In this document: piece after piece, positions 63,650 through 64,000 of the stretch
Position numbering within the stretch: the stretch's first letter is position 1
Layout of the letters: each line of letters starts with the position of its first letter
Origin: Octopus vulgaris
Taxonomy: Eukaryota
DNA length: 64,000 nucleotides
Reading direction: 5' to 3'
Assembly (NCBI GenBank): GCA_951406725.2
Contig: OX597831.1
Location: 6,262,001-6,326,000, forward strand
The notes under the pieces: model-generated
What the model was told of the DNA's origin: nothing
The model's input: only the letters and a program-made list of their open reading frames with translations
Databases searched by the model: none
Made by a program: the position numbers and the translations under genes

Positions 63650-64000
63650 GTTTGGATAGATTTGTCAGTCGTGAAATAATTGGTTAACTACCTGTAATAT
63701 GGGCTGTTGATTGTTAATCACTTGAAATGATGGAATATAATGTGGAATTACAGCCAGCAGTACTTGCTGTTGAATAGTTAGAGCTTCTTATGCTTAAAAT
63801 AAATTTAGAAAACCGCTGCACTTATTAATGATAAAAGAATTATGAAAAGATGCAGAGGGTAAAAAATTTAACTTATTTGATGTACGGGATCGAGTAAGTG
63901 CATGTGAACTTATTAAGTGAAATTTAAAGCCTTCTGTGTTAATTATGGAAAGCTTAGCTGCAGGATATGTTGTTATAGTTTCATATTTGCTCAGGAGTTT

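Overview
AT-rich, repeat-dense eukaryotic DNA. The SINE/LINE repertoire and microsatellite load point to an octopus (coleoid cephalopod) genome; this is an inference. The only host gene I can support is tropomodulin on the + strand, with coding exons at 49775-49924 and 63493-63649, a ~13.6 kb intron between them, and a probable ATG-only first exon ending at 43649. The rest is transposon debris: RTE, CR1-like, R4/Dong and L1/Tx1-like LINE fragments, three or four SINE families, mariner, hAT MITE, Helitron and Penelope-like (PLE) remnants. The most interesting signal is a set of minimal type I hammerhead ribozyme (HHR) motifs. Two have canonical cores (24071-24116 and 57482-57564, - strand), and a decayed one lies behind a PLE GIY-YIG fragment (60511-60614). 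Two short fold-back elements flanked by target-site duplications (TSDs) have compensatory variant cores: G3-C8 at 34880-35218 and U3-A8-like at 62507-62789. Ribozyme calls come from manual folding and are untested. Repeat boundaries are approximate.
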